From Vicugna vicugna (Eukaryota): 53,487 nt of DNA. The notes under the pieces are model-generated. The model was not told the DNA's origin, made no database searches, and saw nothing but the letters and a program-made list of their open reading frames with translations. How positions within the stretch are numbered: the first letter of the stretch is position 1; each line of letters begins with the position of its first letter. The position numbers were made by a program, and so were the translations under genes. Below are positions 24,461 to 37,547 of this stretch, one piece after another. The stretch lies in NCBI GenBank assembly GCA_013265495.1, contig MU057959.1, forward strand, positions 385,202-438,688. The letters run 5' to 3'.

Positions 24461-24865
24461 GAAACATTTAAACAATTTGTATGTCCTTATGCATGCATGC
24501 ATGTATGTGTGTATAACTAACTTTAAAAATATCTTGGCACAAAATTATTGGATGCATTTTCTGTGAAAGACACTATTTTATGAAAAGCATTTTTTTTTCC
24601 TTGCTGTGTCCGTAAGTATTCACTATCAGTTAAATGCCCATGAACCCTTTTACACTCTTAGTGGTAACATCTTTCTAATTTTACAGAACGGTGCCCCGAA
24701 ACCCAACATGACTAAGTTGCCAGGGTGCATACCTATTTAGTGAAAAGTGGTGCCTTGATATTTGTCTGGTGGCAAAGTACCCCGCTGGTGACCTATACGC
24801 CAGCCATGTGATCGATCAAGGGGACGGCTGCTGTGTTGCAGAGTTTCAAATTTCCTTAACAGTGT

Positions 24866-25068
24866 GGTCTTGAAAACCTCAGCACTATGGACACGTGGGG
24901 CTGGGTAATTCTTTCTTTCTTTCTGATGAGCTGCGTTGCGCACTATAGGATTAATAAACAGCACCATGGTCTCCACCCATCAGGTGCCAGTTGAGATCCA
25001 CCCCAAATATCTCAACATCACCATTCTCCCCTTGGGGGCAAAATCACCCCAGTGGGTAACTGCCACTG
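24866..25068 (-). mobile_element. MER20 hAT-Charlie element
   Basis: 'aacctcagcactatggacac..gggctgggtaattctt' and 'gggggcaaaatcacccc..ccactg' match the MER20 reverse complement. Confidence 0.85.
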
Positions 25069-27489
25069 CAGAGTAAGCTGAATTGCAAGCTTCTTAGTCT
25101 TGTAGACATTTAAGTCCACACATTGCTCTTCTCTTAACATTTTTTTTCCCCTTGGACTGTAAATGTGGGTCCACTTCCTTGCAAACTGTCTCACTCATTC
25201 TTCCGGAGAATGCCTAGATACATAAACACTTGATTTTGTGTATTTCTGAAGTTTCTCTTGAAGCAGGAGACTCACTTTGCATTCACACATATTTCTTTAA
25301 ATATATTTTTAAAAGATTGATGACATTTTCACTCCCATTATTGTATGGGGGGAGGGTCTTTTCTGGCACATAGACATAGGCATGCATGTAAGTGATGCCG
25401 TATCAGAAGTCCTTACGGCATATGGAGTCCAGAAATAGGGACCATTCCAGACGTAAGAAGAACATGCCCTTTACAGAAAGGTACACATGTGCTTCTTGGC
25501 AGCGTCCAAAGGGACTTAGAAAAACAAACTGCTAGCCACTAAGCTTTCCCTACATCCAAAGATTAAGCACACCGGAGGAATTTCTCAAGCTCCCATTAAA
25601 GTGACGTATCATGGCATAGGTAAGCTACACCCAAGCCAGACATCAGAGACATGACACAATGTTTTCCTCCTTTTGGAACATAATTTTCTTCTTGCTGCTT
25701 CCTAAATGCAATTCGACTTTGTGAGAAAAAGGAAATCCAATCCGTTATGAATAGTCATAAAGTGAATAATAACTAAAGTGTCTCTGATCATTTGGGCTCA
25801 AAAATCTTGGGAGGAAAAAAAAATATATATGTATACATATATGCGTATAAAGTATCTGATGGTCCTTGAAGAAGCTAATCAGAAACCCATTTTCTGGGTT
25901 CACCGCTGCATATGTGTGTTTATTTAGAGTACACCTGGAGTTTGACCATAAGTTGTTAGGAGAAATCAAATAAAAAGTGAAACTTTTCGAACACGCTAAG
26001 GCGCTGTAGAATTTAAAGAATCGTTCGTCCAGTAATACAAAGTAAATAAATGAAAAAGTGGAACTAGAAGTGGGCCAATTGGGATCTGTTCCAGGGCGTT
26101 TTGTCCGTAGGATTTACCATCCTATTCGATCTGGCCGCTGGCTTAGCTCTCAGCTTTCTTAGCATAATTATTCAGAGCCTCACACGGTCAGGTGAAATGC
26201 CGTTCAGTGTTGTTTCACGTGGAATCCTCAAGATACCCGGATAGAAGTTTTAATATTCACGCTATTTCAAGGCCTCTTTGACTGTAACGAGTAAGTGGGA
26301 ACCCAATACAGCCGTAAACACATGAAATGTATAAATTACCTCAGATGACCTAATTTTTTCCCCATAGATATTTACCATCATTATATTTCTGACCTTCGTG
26401 TATCTTGCATCCAAAATATTGGAAACAATATATTCACTAATTTCACATAGAACAGTATGATTAGCTTGCATGAATGTGATCTGTCTCATCAGTTGAAATA
26501 TAATTCAAATGGGAAAATAGGGTATCAGTGTTAGAATGTGACGTTAATACTCCTATAATGAAACATTGGCATATCTTCAAAATAATTCCAAGTGTGCTTA
26601 AACCAATGACAATTCAGGGGGTACCACCACCTCCCCTTTGATCTGAAATACCAGCATCTTTTATAAAAAGTGGATCATCAGACCTTCCATTAGTTAGTGA
26701 TGCACTAAAGAGTGTAATGAAGAGTTTATGGTGATTGTAATTCCATCCTTTTTACTTTTAATTTTTTTTCAACATACAATCAGTAAATAATTTTGCTGAA
26801 GCATTTTATTTCTCCCGATAAAGCTGGCTTTGGCTCATTGTTGAGAACTGGACATCTGGGACCCTGCGGTTTTCATGGGATCTGAATTGAATTAACCAGT
26901 TGACGTCTCAAGTCACTGATCTTTCGGGAGAGTCATTTTCGGAATCCGATTAACTTTATCACTGCATTTGTTTTATCTGGGCTAGTTCCCCGTGGAATAC
27001 GCATCGTCTTATTGACACATCATTTCATACAGGGAAAATGAGCAAGGGTTTCCAAAACGGTGCAGTTCAAACTAGTGTGCGTGCAGGAAAATATGTTAAA
27101 ATGAAAAGCGACTTCAAATAAAGTGAAAGGGACATTTTTTAGGGATTGAAATCTGCTTATTTTGGGTGGCCAACGTGAGGGTCGTGTCTTGAATGTTCAG
27201 TACTTTTTATTAAAAATTGTAAGTACAATTAAAGAAAAAAATCAGTCTGCAGGAGCTCAGAATCAGATTTCTGTTTGTCCGTTAGTAAGTACTTCACACT
27301 GTGAAAATGGCTGTATTACGCATTTATGTGGTCAGAGAGACTCTGAACAAGAGAGCAGCACTCTAGAGAGTTTACAGCGACCTAAAAAATGATAATTAAA
27401 CTCTGTGCCATATTCTGGTTGTTCACATATACTCACAATTCTGAAATTCAAGAGATGTATGTATGTATGTATGTACGTATGTACTCCTT

Positions 27490-27765
27490 CAGTGCGGATT
27501 TAACAAACAATTTTAACGGGACCTCTTTATAAAATAAAGGACATTTGTCAATATGTGAACCAAAATGAGAAAACTGAGTTTTGAAATGTGGGGAAAATAA
27601 TAACAGAAAAGAAGGCAGATCCAGGAAGTCAAATATCTGTCCTCATCGAGAAAAACAAGGGCAGAGAATATTAATGAAAGATGAGGAGGGGAAAAAAAAA
27701 AACAACTTTCTACGTCCAGAAAGAAAAAAAAGCTAAATTTTAAGACTGAATTTTGTCCATCAAGT
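27490..27765 (+). mobile_element. Ancient HAL1/L1 ORF1-like fragment
   Basis: 'agatccaggaagtcaaatatc' and 'aacaactttctacgtccagaaag..aagactgaa' resemble the RRSNI / ENFPE..QIE-coding segments of ORF1. Confidence 0.4.
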
Positions 27766-28383
27766 TTGAAGTTTCATCTCTGTTGACACAAGATGGGTGC
27801 TCGGCTCTTTTAGTTTTAGAATTAATATATAAAAGGTAGAAGAGACTGACGTGTATTTATAGAATCCAGTAAAATGATGGATACCTAAAAATATCTAAAA
27901 GTATGTGTTTATTCTCACCAGAGGAGAACAAACCTTTAGGTCCTTAATTTTTTTTTATTTTAATATATTTTGGAGAGTAAATGGGTGAGGTCTAAAATAA
28001 TCGAATGAACCATTCAATTATTACTTAACTAAATTTAATATTGATTATAGTAAAATTATTTAATAATTAAATATTATTACTATTTTAAGTAGAGTACTTA
28101 AAGTCATAAAAGTCAGCATGAGGAAAATTTAAATTAATACTATCATCTCTGTTAGGCTTTCCTTAAATATTTTGATTTTTTTAATTCTTGTACAGGTAAT
28201 AAGGGAGCTTGTGAATAAGTTCAGAGTCCATTGAAGTAAGTGGACATCAAAGTGTTCTAGTTGCTCATGCAGGAATAACCCGCTGGAAATTGGTTTGCAT
28301 TTCTAGAAGGTGTTTATTTTCCCTAATTTAATCTTTATCATACTGTATATTGCAGAAGTCAAACATTTATTCCATCATTTTAA

Positions 28384-28481
28384 TGTTTTTTTTTTTTTTT
28401 TTATTAAATGGAGGATTGAAGCCAGGACCTCGTGCGTGCTAAGCACGTGCTCTACCACTGAGCTACACCCTCCCCACCCCG
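28384..28481 (-). mobile_element. tRNA-Ala-derived SINE (short form)
   Basis: Reverse complement 'ggggagggtgtagctcagtggtagagcacgtgcttagcacgcacgaggtcctgg'; perfect TSD ttccatcattttaa at 28370-28383 and 28482-28495. Confidence 0.93.
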
Positions 28482-28499
28482 TTCCATCATTTTAAATCT

Positions 28500-28985
28500 C
28501 TATTTTCAAATGTCCTCTTCCCGGTGATGGCTGTATTTCCCCTTCTTTCATGATTATCTTACGTTTCAGAAAGTTCTTAACTGTAGTCTAATCAAATGTG
28601 TCCACGTTTTCCTTTGTGATTTGCGCGTTTAGTGTCGTTTTTGAAGAATTCTTTCGAGGGAAGAACTAAGAACGTCCACCACTTCGGTCCATCATTTCAG
28701 TGCAGTCACAATAATCGAGACAGGGAACGACACAGGAGTCTTACAAGGAAGGGTCGATTTAACGAGCTGTGGAATGTTCACGTCGGATTATATGGATGAA
28801 AAATAGTTTGAACGTTTACTGACCAAAATGTATGGTATCTGAGTACAAAGTGTATAAAAGATGGGCTGCCTGCTTACTGTATATTATATTAATTAAAATT
28901 CACATAGATTGTGCACATATAATGTATGCGAGGAAAAATAAATATCTATTTTTTGCAATGAACACATACTGCTTCTATAATACGA
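28500..28985. mobile_element. Old L1M(E) with internal inversion: antisense ORF2 piece (~28500-28657) joined to a sense 3' piece (~28660-28985)
   Basis: 'cagaaagttcttaactgtagtctaatcaaat..ttcctttgtgatttgcgcg' is antisense ORF2-like; 'tttttgcaatgaacacatactgcttctataat' resembles an L1ME 3' terminus. Confidence 0.55.
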
Positions 28986-30228
28986 AAGTATGACAAAGAT
29001 TAAATTAGGGAAAATAAACACATTACAGAAATGCAAACTATTTTGCAGTGTGTTATTCCAGCAGGAAATACTACAAAACTTTGACATCAACTTACTTTAA
29101 TGGACCCTAAACTTATTTACAAGCGCACATTTAAAACTTGCTGTAGGAACTTACCTAATCAGCTCTGGGGCAATCAAGTTGATGGGTGGGGAGTTAAATG
29201 CCAGATTGAACAGAGACTAACGTTTCCTGCCCAGAGGCATTAATGAAGAGAAAGAGAAAAAATATATAGTATAGCTGTTTTGAGAGTAAACAGCAAACCA
29301 CAGAGCACATAACATTTCATTGGAAACATTACAGAAGGAAAAAAAAAAACATAAAAAGGAAGAAAATCTACACCTGCTATAAAGTGCCAGATGTTATAAT
29401 TTCTGAAAAATAATCATAAAAATTTAATGACAGTCAACAATTCATCCAACTTTTATAAAGTCAGTAAGAATTTCCGTGCTTCGATATTTTGAATTTAAAA
29501 TATTCACTTCATTAGGAAACATCCCCACATTTATATGAATGTCTGTGGATTCCCCCCCAAAATTAGCTAAATCATTTGTAGTGATGATAAGTCAGCTAGG
29601 GAAATATTATAAACAGATGAAGTGGACAGCAATGACCTTCATTTATTTACATACCAAATCTGACAGTCTCCCTAGTGATAAAATATTTAAATTTCACAAA
29701 AAAAGTATTGCTAATTCAATGGGCCAGCTTTCTCAATGACCTAATTCTTAGGTCATTGCAATTTTTTTAAATCCCATCTCCTCCCATGGCATGTTCTTGC
29801 ATCTGTATTCTGGTTCGTCTTCAAGAGCATTCTTACTCTGTTTACAGTCTTGTTCTATTGGCAGATTGCACATACCCAGTTTTTCCCTAAAGTTTTTTTT
29901 TTTTTTTTTTTTTTGGTAAGTAATTTACTTTGAAAACTCAATTACACAACAGGGAAACATACAGCTCAGATTCAGACATAAAAGTGGATGTCGGATCAAA
30001 ACACTCTTAATTTTTCCCAAAAGTTAATGGAAACATATTTTGTATTAACCAGTGCAACCATGCAAGTTCAAAATGAATATTTCACTGAAATGCAAACAGA
30101 AATTACAAATAATGTACCATGATTTCAGAATAAAAAACTTTTTTTCATAGACGTATAGCTATTTTGTCATGTTAGTCCACATACCTATAATTTCCCAGTT
30201 AATTTGAAAACCCTTAAATGTGTGGAAG

Positions 30229-30336
30229 TGGGGAGGGTATAGCTCGATGGTAGAGTGAGTGCTTAGCATGCACGAGGTCATGGGTTCAATCCCTAGTCCC
30301 TCCATCAAAAAAAAATTTTTTTTTAAGTTAAAAAAA
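30229..30336 (+). mobile_element. tRNA-Ala-derived SINE (short form)
   Basis: 'ggggagggtatagctcgatggtagagtgagtgcttagcatgcacgaggtcatgggttcaatccc'; TSD ttaaatg(tg/ca)tggaag at 30214-30228 and 30337-30351. Confidence 0.93.
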
Positions 30337-30419
30337 TTAAATGCATGGAAGAATTTTTTTCGTGCATTCAGGAGTCTATTGCTGGACCTGAATTTTATTA
30401 TGTATATTTAAATGTGTAT

Positions 30420-30820
30420 CACAGAAAGATGTCAGATCGCCTCCAGTATATCTCTGCAATCAACCTAGACAAAATCAGTGTTAAAGCAGGGTTTCTGTGG
30501 AAATCTGGGAATGTCAAGGACTGAAAATTGGCAAGGCAGTCTTGAAAAATAAAACCTCCCGGACAACGTATACCAATGGCGGTTACTACCGTCACTCGGT
30601 GGTGTGATGCATACACCAAACTACATACAGAGATCAGTGGGAAATGTCAGAGCATCGAGGAAAAGATGCTGGCATGTGTTGTGACTCGAGTAATGACAAA
30701 AAGAGCAGCAGCAGGAGAAAGAAAGCCATTCTTGGATAGAGAAAAAAGAAAGTCGTATCGACTTCGCCCTCCCCCCATGCCCAGAAGTCAGTTTTAATTA
30801 CATCGTCGATCTGAGCGTGA
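30420..30820 (+). mobile_element. Ancient L1M ORF2 fragment
   Basis: 'caaggactgaaaattggcaaggcagtcttgaaaaa' and 'acatacagagatcagtgggaa' resemble the PRIAK.ILK / IDQWNR-coding segments; weaker L1M-like sequence extends back to ~29350. Confidence 0.6.
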
Positions 30821-31409
30821 CATCACAGTCCGTTGATTCTAACTTGGGCAGTTTTCAGCTAATAATTGTAAGAGGCAAACGGGGACCAGCAATCTGGCCC
30901 AAATCTGCCCCTCATTCTCCCCCAGCCTGTCATTTTGATCCATTTTAGCATTTTTGCTTTGTTTGTTAGTAAAGCATCCGACCTCACGTATATGAACATA
31001 TTGTAACACTGTGTTAAATATCTGTTGCCGTTTGTTTCTCGTATGTTTTCAGAATGGTTTTCGACTTTCTGTGGAAAACCTCTAGGGTACAAACGGAATG
31101 ACAAGATGACAGTTCTATTCACCTAATTTGGTGTAAAAGAAAGAACACTTTATCAAGAGTATTGCCTGTTTATGTAAAAAGAAGCATTTGCATTTTTTTT
31201 AAATTTCTCTTCTGTGAACTTCTTGGTTTCAAGGAATTTTTTTGTAACCACTTCTCCCTGCAACTGTATTCATCAGGTTTGCAAGTAGATTTTAATATGT
31301 CATTTATAGGGAACAGTTTGTCAAATGATACTAGGGCTGGGCTCATAAAGACGTTGAGAAGTTCATGATGATAAGTGTCTGTGTTTATATTATTACATAA
31401 ATATTTAAT

Positions 31410-33600
31410 CATCAGACTTCAAAAGACGACTTAACGTGCAGAACGGACAGCTAAAAAGAGTATTGGAATTCTGGGAACTTGAAGAAATTACACAGAACAC
31501 CAGAGAGATCTGAAAACCATAAACAGGTGATGAAGAGATGGCTTTACACACGTCTGATAAAAATTCAAGAAGATTACAGATGGAACTGTGTTAAAGGCAA
31601 TCTCTAAAGGAACTAGCCTGGAATTGTAAAAAGATGGTCTTTTTCAGATTCAACTAGATGAAAATCAAGAATTCCCATCAGAGCTAGGGGAAAAAAAAAC
31701 CTATAGTCATTCGAAATATATAAAAGGAAAAGGCAGCAGCATAAAAAGGAGGCAGAAGTTTGAGCAAAACACAGACAGAAATACCCTGCTCTCTACAAAA
31801 AGAGGCATCACTAAAACAGAAAGATCCAAAAGCTTTACGTAAAAAAAAATTTTTCTGAAGTGGGGCAATGACATACCGAAGATAACCTAGTCTGACTCTA
31901 TGAACACCAGAAAAATAACCTTAAGATGATGGAGGTTACAGTGTAATCGTATAAGACGATGTTTTGTGTGGAGTCTAAATTTGTAGGCACCAAACAACAT
32001 TGCTGGAAGATGTCTGTGCCCAAAAGATCTGCCCGGAAGGTTGGGCAAAGCCACTGTCACAGCCAGAATCTCGTGGTTTACCAGACCAACTGGAAGAATC
32101 GGAAAAAAAAAAAAAAGTTGACCACAATGAACAAGCTTGACCTCGTTAGTAACTAGAAAGCCACGAATGCAATGCTTTGCACGTGGACAGAGAACACATT
32201 TTAAAACCAGTGAATTAGATCCAGAGCAAGTCTCGATAAATACAAGTGTCAGCAGACTGCATTTTCTAAGAGAAAAATATCGTAGATTAGAAACAAAGAT
32301 ACATTTGAATACATGAATGAAATGTTAACAAAGTAAAAAATCTGCCTGGAATTCCAAAATACAGTGATGAACTAAAACTGGGCACGTAAGAAATTGAAAT
32401 AGACCTTTAAACGTCTATCAAAATGAACAGTAACGAAACGGCATTCAAAGTTATTTTGACTATTTTCAGGGGAAATGATAACATTCTGAATATAACAGGT
32501 AAGTTTTTTCTTTTCTTTTTTTTTTTTAAAGGCTGAAACTCAGTGGCCGAGGCCCACAACTTAAGTTTGAAATGTCACCAGAATTACCAACATGGCACCA
32601 GGAGACAGGAAGCGAGCCAATGCTGTTCGAAAAATAGATCCAAAAGATGTGCTCGGCACAGCGTGGCCCCAGACATGTTACTGTCAAAAGAGAAAGAAAA
32701 GAAATGGATCAAAGCAAACTCTAAGAAGTGCAATAAAATGAGGTCTGCCTGCATAGCACCGTGTATAAAATACGTATTACATTGTCAAATGAAAAAAAAT
32801 GCACATCCTAACATTTGAGAATTCTTATCCTACTTGGGGACCTTCCTGAGGACTATATGTGTCGCCGAGGAAGGATTCTGAGGGACGGTCCCAAACAGGT
32901 GAGGGAGGAGCCAGGAGATACAGGGGTTTTGCTGGGGAAAAAACAAAAACAAAAATTGCACCCCCACCCCATCTCAGATACCCGAGGCATCACGTTAATG
33001 AGTTTAGTGCTTCTCTGCGTGTTGGGAGATGTAAGAGTCTGATCTCATTAAAATCATGTGCACCTGAGCTCTCTGGGGCCAATATCCCGTTTTTCTCCAT
33101 CCTGAGTCCCCTCAGGGGGCACCGTGGGGGTGGGGGGAGGCCTGCAGTGGCTGACGGATCGATGGCCGCAGCATCCTTTGTTCACTAAAATGGCAGGCAA
33201 CAGATTTTGTCCACCATATATTATCAAATACACGATACACGATGAAAAAGTAAAAATCAGCTAAGAAAAGATAAAGCCCCTCCCCATACAAACATGGGTA
33301 AAAGGATATTAAGTTTGTCACGTAAGGGGAAGGTAAGGACTCGTTTCCCGTGACCAAAATTGGACCAAAACTGTCCATCGCACGTGGACAAAAAAAATTA
33401 ATCAAGAGTCAATCTTAAGAAATGGATGGAAAATATTATTCGAACCAGCCTCACGATTTCAGCTGAGGAGGCAGTCTTTCCGAAAGCTCTGGGGCCTTTC
33501 CCACCTGTTAGAGGCCAGAGCACAATGATTCGACCTTTGGAGACAGAGGTCATACATCATACTGACGGTTCCCACAGTCCACCCAGGCGAGGGGTGGGTT
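31410..33600 (+). mobile_element. Ancient L1M ORF1-ORF2 remnant, interrupted by an LTR
   Basis: A-rich degraded ORF1/endonuclease-like segments ('ctctctacaaaaagaggcat', 'ctaaatttgtaggcaccaaacaac'); ORF 33426 'ISAEEAVFPKALGPF' echoes the RT motif ISIDAEKAFDKIQHPF. Confidence 0.55.
32783..33215 (-). mobile_element. ERV1-class solo LTR, MER41-like artiodactyl type
   Basis: 'gagggaggagccaggagataca', 'gttaatgagtttagtgcttctct', 'catcctttgttcactaaaatggcaggcaac..tccac' follow the recalled consensus; ~430 bp. Confidence 0.7.
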
Positions 33601-33843
33601 ACTGTGACCCCGTCCAGGACTGAGAAAGAAGCTGAGCTCCTGAGGAGTTACTTGCTAGGAGGAAATACTTTTGTTTTTCTTTTTTCCTTGCAAGTGGGCA
33701 TTCCTGTTTTTCGTAATGCACAATGCACTAAAGGGAAGGGATAGTGGCCCCAAAGGGACAGAGAGAGAATTTTATGTTTAAAATTTTTCTCATCCTGCCT
33801 TCAAAGTAATTGTATTTCATCACACTAAAAGCACAAAATTCTT

Positions 33844-33941
33844 CCTCCCTTTTTTTTTTAAATTTCAGTGGAGGTACTGGGGATTGAACCCAACACCTTC
33901 TGCAAGCTAAACACTCTACCACTGAGCTAGACCCTCCCCCC
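33844..33941 (-). mobile_element. tRNA-Ala-derived SINE (short form)
   Basis: 'ggaggtactggggattgaaccc..ctctaccactgagctagaccctcccc'; TSD aa(a/g)gcacaaa(a/g)ttctt at 33828-33843 and 33942-33957. Confidence 0.92.
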
Positions 33942-34257
33942 AAGGCACAAAGTTCTTACACTCCGCAAGCTGTTGTCTTACTAATATGTGAAAACGCTTT
34001 GCTACATCGCCCTGAGGTTCACAAGACAAAGCAACTTCTTCGTAGAAGAAATCAACGGGGAGATATTCCCCCCCCCCAATTTGTGCCTTGCAAGTGACGT
34101 TCAATCTTTCCCCCCACTCAGGACGGGGAAAACTTTCATGTAAAGAAGGAAATTATTGCTCTTTAATAAACAATGAGTCTTTTTAGGGGGTACCTTCAAA
34201 TATTTTAAGCATCCATGCTTTTGTCCATTTGTTTTTTTTCTTTAAATAAATAGCATT

Positions 34258-35034
34258 TGTCTGAGTTTGGCCTCCTGGGGTTTGGAACAGGGGAGTTGAG
34301 AGTCAATATCCTTGGTACCCTGATTTCTGAAAAGAAATCTGTATCTGGCCTTCATCCCCGTTTCTGGCAGAGAGCCCCCTCCTAAACCGCAGGGATCAGA
34401 GCAATTACGGTGCCATTTGTTATGTTAATGGGGTGGTGTTTGCATTGCCCCCTCTTCACCTAAGGAGAGGGGCTGGTCGCCCGGGGACCCAACCCGGAGG
34501 CTAGAGGGTTGGAACTTTCAACCCCATCCCTGGACCTCCGGGGAGGGGAGAGGCTGCAGGTGGATTCTGTCCCCCATGGCCAATGACGGGATCAGGCACA
34601 CCTGGGCACTGAAAGCTTATAAAGCCCAGGAGGTCAGGGCTCGGAGAGCTTCCGGGTTGGTGGACGCCTGGTGCCTGGAGGGGAGGACCGGGAAGCCTGC
34701 ACCTCTTCGCTGAGGCTTCCCTGAGCATCTTTGTTTGCAAAACGGTGAGTTTTATCGCCTTGGGTCCTGAACTGTTTCTCTGAGTTCCAGGAGCTGCTCT
34801 GTTGGGGGACGGTGGGAGGGGAGGTCCTTGGGCCCAGTGGGTCAAAAGCACAGGTCGCAACTTGAACTACTGATTGGCATCTGAATTGTAGTGGGGGAAG
34901 GGGGCAGCCGTGTGGGACTGAGCCCTTAACCTGTGGGGTCCGGTGCACGTCCAGGTAGAAAGTGTCAGAACTGAGGGAGCTGGTTGGTGGTGAGGAACCC
35001 CCCTCCCCACCCTCACTGGAATTGGTGACCAGAC
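34258..35034 (+). mobile_element. MER21-like ERVL solo LTR
   Basis: 'ctagagggttggaactttca', 'ggagagcttccgggttggtg', 'gggactgagcccttaacctgtggggtc..tccaggtagaaagtgtcagaa' are MER21 hallmarks. Confidence 0.8.
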
Positions 35035-35574
35035 CTCTTCCTACCGCCTCAAGGATGCTGTGTGCTAAGTCCCTTCTGTCCTGTCCTTTTTTTATTTTTT
35101 TTTTGAAACGTTTCTTTTTATTTGCTTTACTGAGTTGGTTTCTGCTGCGTTTACCTCTGAGACGGTGGGGAATTCGAGGCTGAAATAAAATTTGTTTTTA
35201 ATGGTCGTGAAAAGGCGGCCATCAGAATTTCATTAATCAGTCCCTCGGATGAGCAGATGGTTCTCGGTGTGGAAAGGATCGGCTTGTTTCTTAGTTACTT
35301 GTGGCAGAATTACGTTTCATTTGCTGCAGCCGTTTCAGAGTTAATAAAGCTAAACAAGCTGCTAGATTGAAATGGAAAACGAATGGACGCTGGGGCCGGA
35401 CCGGCGCCTCTGAGCCGAGACTCCATCTTCCAGCCTTTAATCAGTTTATTTGGGATTCAATAATTCATTTTGGAAAAGAAAATGTTCAAATGCACTGAGA
35501 TGTGGAATGCAAAAATGTGAAGCCCTGTTTTTCACTTTTTCATCATCTTAATGAGAATCTGAGGTTGTTTTTTA

Positions 35575-36055
35575 ATTTAAATATATATTATGTACCTTAA
35601 TATATACCTAAGCTATTAACATGCCATTATATCTATAAATATACATCTATCTAGCATTTAACATATATAAACGTTCTTATTTATAAACATGTTTATATAT
35701 TTATAACGTATCTTTATATAACACTTTATATATGTAAACTTTTTATATACATGTTTATAAATATATCTGTAACATTTTATATAATTATAAACATTGTATA
35801 TAAATATGTTTATATATCTATAAATATATTTCTATATGTAACACTTATATAAACATTGTATATAAACATGTTTATATATCTATAAATATGTCTACATGTA
35901 ACACTTTAGTATGTAAACATTGTTACATATAAACATTTTTTGCTATAAATATAACATAATATATAGACATTCTACATAAACATAGCATGTTACTAGTTTA
36001 AGTATGTTAACAGATGTATATGTTCATTAATATGTTTACATATGTGCATATAAAA
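35575..36055. repeat. AT-rich degenerate minisatellite / low complexity (~62-bp higher-order unit)
   Basis: 'aaacattgtatataaa.atgtttatatatctataaatat' recurs at ~35789 and ~35851. Confidence 0.85.
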
Positions 36056-37547
36056 ATTGAAATTTTGAACCATTATTATTCTCTATCGTAGAAATGATGG
36101 CAAGTGAGTTATAGGTAAACTTAACAAGGGAGAGAATGTATGCGTAGCTAGATCGGTGACAGATTCAGACCCAAGTTCTTTAAATAAAGACTGAGAAAGC
36201 TGAACTCCTTTGATGAGACCCCAGGCTTACCGAAGGCCGTCAGTTGGGGGGTAGATTCTGTGAGACCACGTGCTCCACCTCGGCCGCTTCTGAGCTGAGG
36301 GCTGACCCAACCCTAGCCATCCTTTGAAAACAGTCATCGTCTGCATTTCATAAAATGCTAAGACTGTGACTAATTCTAATTAGTCTAATCGCAATTCGAA
36401 GACTAATTAAATAGTAAGCTAATTCTAAGGTAAACATGAACTCATCTGAAGGGTCTGCAGTCAACAGAAACTGAAATAAATTAACTGTAAATTCATTTCA
36501 GTGCATCAGGAATCCCTAGGTCTCAAAACAAGCAGAACATTTAGCTGGATTTCTGACGGTAACATATATAAACAAAGAAGAGGGATATTTACTCCCCAAA
36601 GAAGCATTAAAATAAATGAAAGAGGACCCAGTTTTAGCAAGAAAAAAATGATTTTTGGTATATTTCACTGTGGATGGCTGTGTGCTGCACTCTCCTGAAT
36701 GACGTCTTTTTAATTCACCACAATCTGCTTCTCTACTTATCCAACCACCTAGACTCTAACAAAGCAAGATGTGCTGGTGAAGTCCCAGCTGCCAGAGCAT
36801 CTCTGCTATTTTTGTCTCTTTTAGTAATTTCGCCCTCTGGTTGGGTTTCTTAAAGATACTGCAGAGGGAGAATTGGTTAGCGTCTTGGAGTCGAGCCATC
36901 CAGAGGTCACAGATTGGATTAAGTTTTGAACCTTACAGCCCTGGGTGGGAAAATTCCTACACTGATGAAATTCTCTTGGTATTTTGGGCAGATGCCCACG
37001 TCAGCAAGTTTAACCCTTCCTTTATTTCAATCTCAGTAGCAGCCATGATTGAAAGGCAGGAATCTGAGCATAAACTGACTACTGCAAACCAGGCTAGATC
37101 GTAAGAATATCAATAACAGATGTTATTACTTTTTGGGGGTAAGAAGTACTTAATGTCTAGCAACTGGCTAAATCGATGTTAGAAAAATGCAAGGGAGGAA
37201 GAGAGAGATTGTTACGTAATTCTGAAAAGTTTGATCAACAGGGAGTTGGCACCATTTTAAACAGAAATGATGAAGTTAGAGATAAAACACGAATTTGGGT
37301 AATTTTAATGACATTATTTTAAATGCTCTCAAATTGATGGAGGAACTACAAACATGGTCGGGGTTTTTTGTTTGGTTTGGGTTTTTTGTTGTTTTCTGTA
37401 ATGACCTATTTAATGTGCATGCATTGGCTCACCATCATTGAAAAAAACAGAACTCTCTTTTACTCTTCAATTTCTTGAGACCTCTTAGCAGGGTGCTTTA
37501 TTTTTCCTCTTCAATCTTCTCTAAAACAATTCTCCGTGCTTCTAAAG

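Larger units (their letters stand above)
28208..29124. repeat. Inverted repeat; arms ~28208-28359 and ~28971-29124
   Basis: The left arm aligns by eye at roughly 80% identity to the reverse complement of the right arm; both opposite-strand ORFs read FIFPNLIF. Confidence 0.9.

Noticed and set aside
24118..24471. PSIH-repeat protein ORF (also 2045-2266)
   Set aside because: Translation of (CCAT)n microsatellites.
30229..30305. tRNA-Ala(AGC) gene
   Set aside because: It has the SINE head, an A-rich tail, a 15-bp TSD and stem mismatches; the same reasoning applies to the other tRNA-like copies.
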